The notes beneath the pieces were generated by a model, which saw only the letters and a list, made by a program, of their open reading frames with translations, made no database searches and was not told the origin of the DNA. The position numbers were made by a program, and so were the translations under genes. A stretch of 63,451 nt of DNA, the filler included, from Sphacelaria rigidula (lineage: Eukaryota): assembly GCA_964200075.2 (NCBI GenBank). It is 4 parts of 4 records of this genome, joined end to end, with 100 filler letters (N's around TTAATTAATTAA, not from the genome) between each part and the next. Parts side by side here need not be neighbours in the genome. Positions count along the whole stretch, not along the records: positions 47,667 to 63,451 come from CAXNAA020001592.1; 3 more parts are not named here. The stretch is one strand, 5' to 3'. Positions 61,310 through 63,451 of the stretch are shown one piece after another (position 1 is the first letter of the stretch; the number at the start of each line of letters is the position of its first letter).

Positions 61310-63215
61310 TGTCATAATGATGGTGTAGCTAATGCACTGGCTGGGGTCTCTCAGCATGACTGCCAGGGGATACCATGGTGCCAACCCACCAAGCTCCCAC
61401 GTAGGCAACATCACACAGACCTAGCTATTCATCACGAACAATCACAGAGCAGGTTCATCCATGTCTAGACTGTCGGTTAGGAACTCACGTGTTGCATAGC
61501 GTCATGTTGTATCTACAAGCAGCTCTCTTACTCAGTACAGCCGCGGCGCAGCCATAGGAGCAGAGCGTAGTGATGGCCCAGAGTTGACCACGGCAAAGCC
61601 AGTAACGGATCGAGGTGGGTGCTGGCTGCGGCCGGACAATCCTAACTAATGACAGTAGCAAACGCAGTAACAACGCATCACGGAATCCTGGGTCTACGAG
61701 CAGACCTGTACATTGTGATAGCTTACTGCCATCAAGCTTCATCACACTAGCCCATCCTAGACGAGTCCTTATGCAGTTGAATCATCATCACCTCGGCAAA
61801 ATACAATTGCGCCGAGAAACTCGAAAATTCAACGAGAAAGGGCTCTTCTACACTACACCCGTACAAAAGCATAAAGCGAAGGAAAAATCATGACTCTCCC
61901 ACACCTCTTAAAGGCGAGCATTGCTGCGACCCAACATATCAAACGTTCAATCGACAAGAAGGAAAACGTTGTATCCACGTGACACTCACGACCTATGTTG
62001 AACAAGACAACACACACGCAAGTCCATCTACAAAGTAAGGCACTAAATGGTACGCACGCGTAGACTTCATTTACCAACGGAACAAGAAGGGAATGCCAGA
62101 AAATCCGGGAAGAGGGGAGGGAAAACGCAATGCGGCATAGCATCGCGGCAACTGCTCTGGTCGGACGCAGATCCAAGTGAGCTCCACGTCTTTGTCCGAC
62201 TCCGTCCCGACACATCCGTTGCATATAGCGAGAGTGGCACACCGCTCGTTTCCGTGGCAGGGCTTTTGAAGTATCAAACCTGCCTTGAAAAAGGCGTGCA
62301 ACGTCAAGTACCATGCTATGGGGGAGGACTACGCAGCAAGAGGGAGATCAAAGCGGAGATGCAGCCGAAGTTCAGATTTGGTGTGCCCGGAGTGCGAATT
62401 CAAAGTCCTGCGGGAGTGGGCACGAGCCCATCCAAGACGACACTCAGGGTAAAAAGCCGAGGGTCGTTAGCGAGAACATTTCGTTCAGCGCGGCGGATCA
62501 ACTGTCGCGTGTTATGAGCAAAACCTTGATGTCGATTAAAAAGAAACAATTTGTCAGGATGCAATACCCAACTCAAAGCAATCGTCCGGCGGAGATACGG
62601 CCTACAACAAGGGCGGTATGATTCGTCATTCCCGGGGGAACACTGGATCACGAGCAACGGAACGACACAAGAGGACACATCCGTGTCGCCAGCTGACCAG
62701 GCTGCGTCACGGGATAGGGATAGAACGAACAAGCGGAAACATCCAGGCGAATTGTCGAAATTCAGTAACTCACTTCAACCTGAAACAATCGTCGGGCATA
62801 AATACGGCCCACAACAAGGGCGTTGTACGGTGGAGTCATCCTACGATAGGGGGGGGGGGGGTATTTGGTTGCACGAAAAAAGAGGCTCATAAGTGTGTCA
62901 GACATCCTTCCACACTTGCGTGCCGCTTGTATNNNNNNNNNCAACGACGATCTGACTTGAAATTTCGAGTAACAAATGGCCCAAAATACCCCCCCCCTAT
63001 CGTAGGATGACTCGGTGTAACCAAGGACCCGTGCAGCAAGACGATGTAAGGGAGTACTCCCGTCCGGCGAGCTCTCTTGGCTGGCGGCAGGAGGTTGAGC
63101 AGTAACAACAACAAACACATCCAGAGAACGAGTCATCAAAATTCCAAGCATGCGGGAGGATGGAATAAATCTACAGTCCTCTTATCGTCGAGAAACCTCG
63201 AAGACAAACAAAAGA
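61310..63215 (-). mobile_element. Diverged relative of the LARD-like LTR element: LTR 61310-61746 plus internal region
   Basis: Collinear with 47910-49835, starting TGTCATA and ending TCATCACA followed by CTAGCCCATCCT; other LTR not in the window. Confidence 0.85.
62833..63013. mobile_element. Sola-like MITE (GAG...CTC, TSD GGTG), same family as 49480-49673
   Basis: Perfect TIR GAGTCATCCTACGATAGGGGGGG, TSD GGTG/GGTG; site is empty in the other LTR copy at 49443-49446. Confidence 0.88.
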
Positions 63216-63451
63216 ACACTGAACAACAAGTTGTGCGAATCGAGGTTCAACTTCGAGACGAGGTTCAATCCTGAAACAGTGCTTTCCCCACACTTTCAGC
63301 GATGGTGCCCAATGACGTTTTCGTCGGCCTAATGCCCCTCGATCGCGTAGATACCTTTTCAACGCATTTCGCCGACTCTGTGAGCTTACAGCGCTGACCG
63401 AAACCGTCATTTTCCCTGATATTACCCCCATCGAAAGAGGGGGGAAATGAC

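Noticed and set aside
47910-61746. Three similar repeats as DIRS-type split direct repeats
   Set aside because: They have TG...CA ends, a PBS and TSD-like flanks, so they are ordinary LTRs of two separate elements.

Overview
This is eukaryotic, intron-rich, transposon-dense DNA, most consistent with a brown alga (Phaeophyceae, Ectocarpus-like). That assignment is inferred from a heterokont ASAFAP-type plastid presequence, short GT-AG exons in long introns and the TE families present. The window is not one locus: it is four contigs of about 15.79 kb (1-15790, 15891-31680, 31781-47566, 47667-63451) joined by artificial N44-TTAATTAATTAA-N44 spacers. Three spliced host genes can be rebuilt by hand. 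(1) A complete 4-exon, plastid-targeted PAP/fibrillin-like gene on the minus strand (8624-3960) that seems to lack the middle of the lipocalin barrel. (2) A minus-strand TPR (STI1/HOP-type repeat) gene in contig 2. (3) A 7-exon DTWD1-like tRNA aminocarboxypropyltransferase gene in contig 3, with DSRW in place of the DxTW motif. Most of the rest is TE-derived: hAT, PIF/Harbinger, piggyBac, mariner/Stowaway and Sola-like (4-bp TSD) MITEs, plus decayed copia and gypsy pieces. Contig 4 is a nest in which an RTE/RTEX-like LINE is split by two complete LTR elements. The most unusual observations are a 4-bp-TSD MITE at two different sites 33 bp apart in two copies of one LTR element, with reciprocal empty sites, and an RT-less gypsy element with a palindrome instead of a tRNA PBS. 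I found no CRISPR array, rRNA or intact tRNA, and no clear-cut novel enzymatic system. All family calls come from motif recognition by eye, not database searches.
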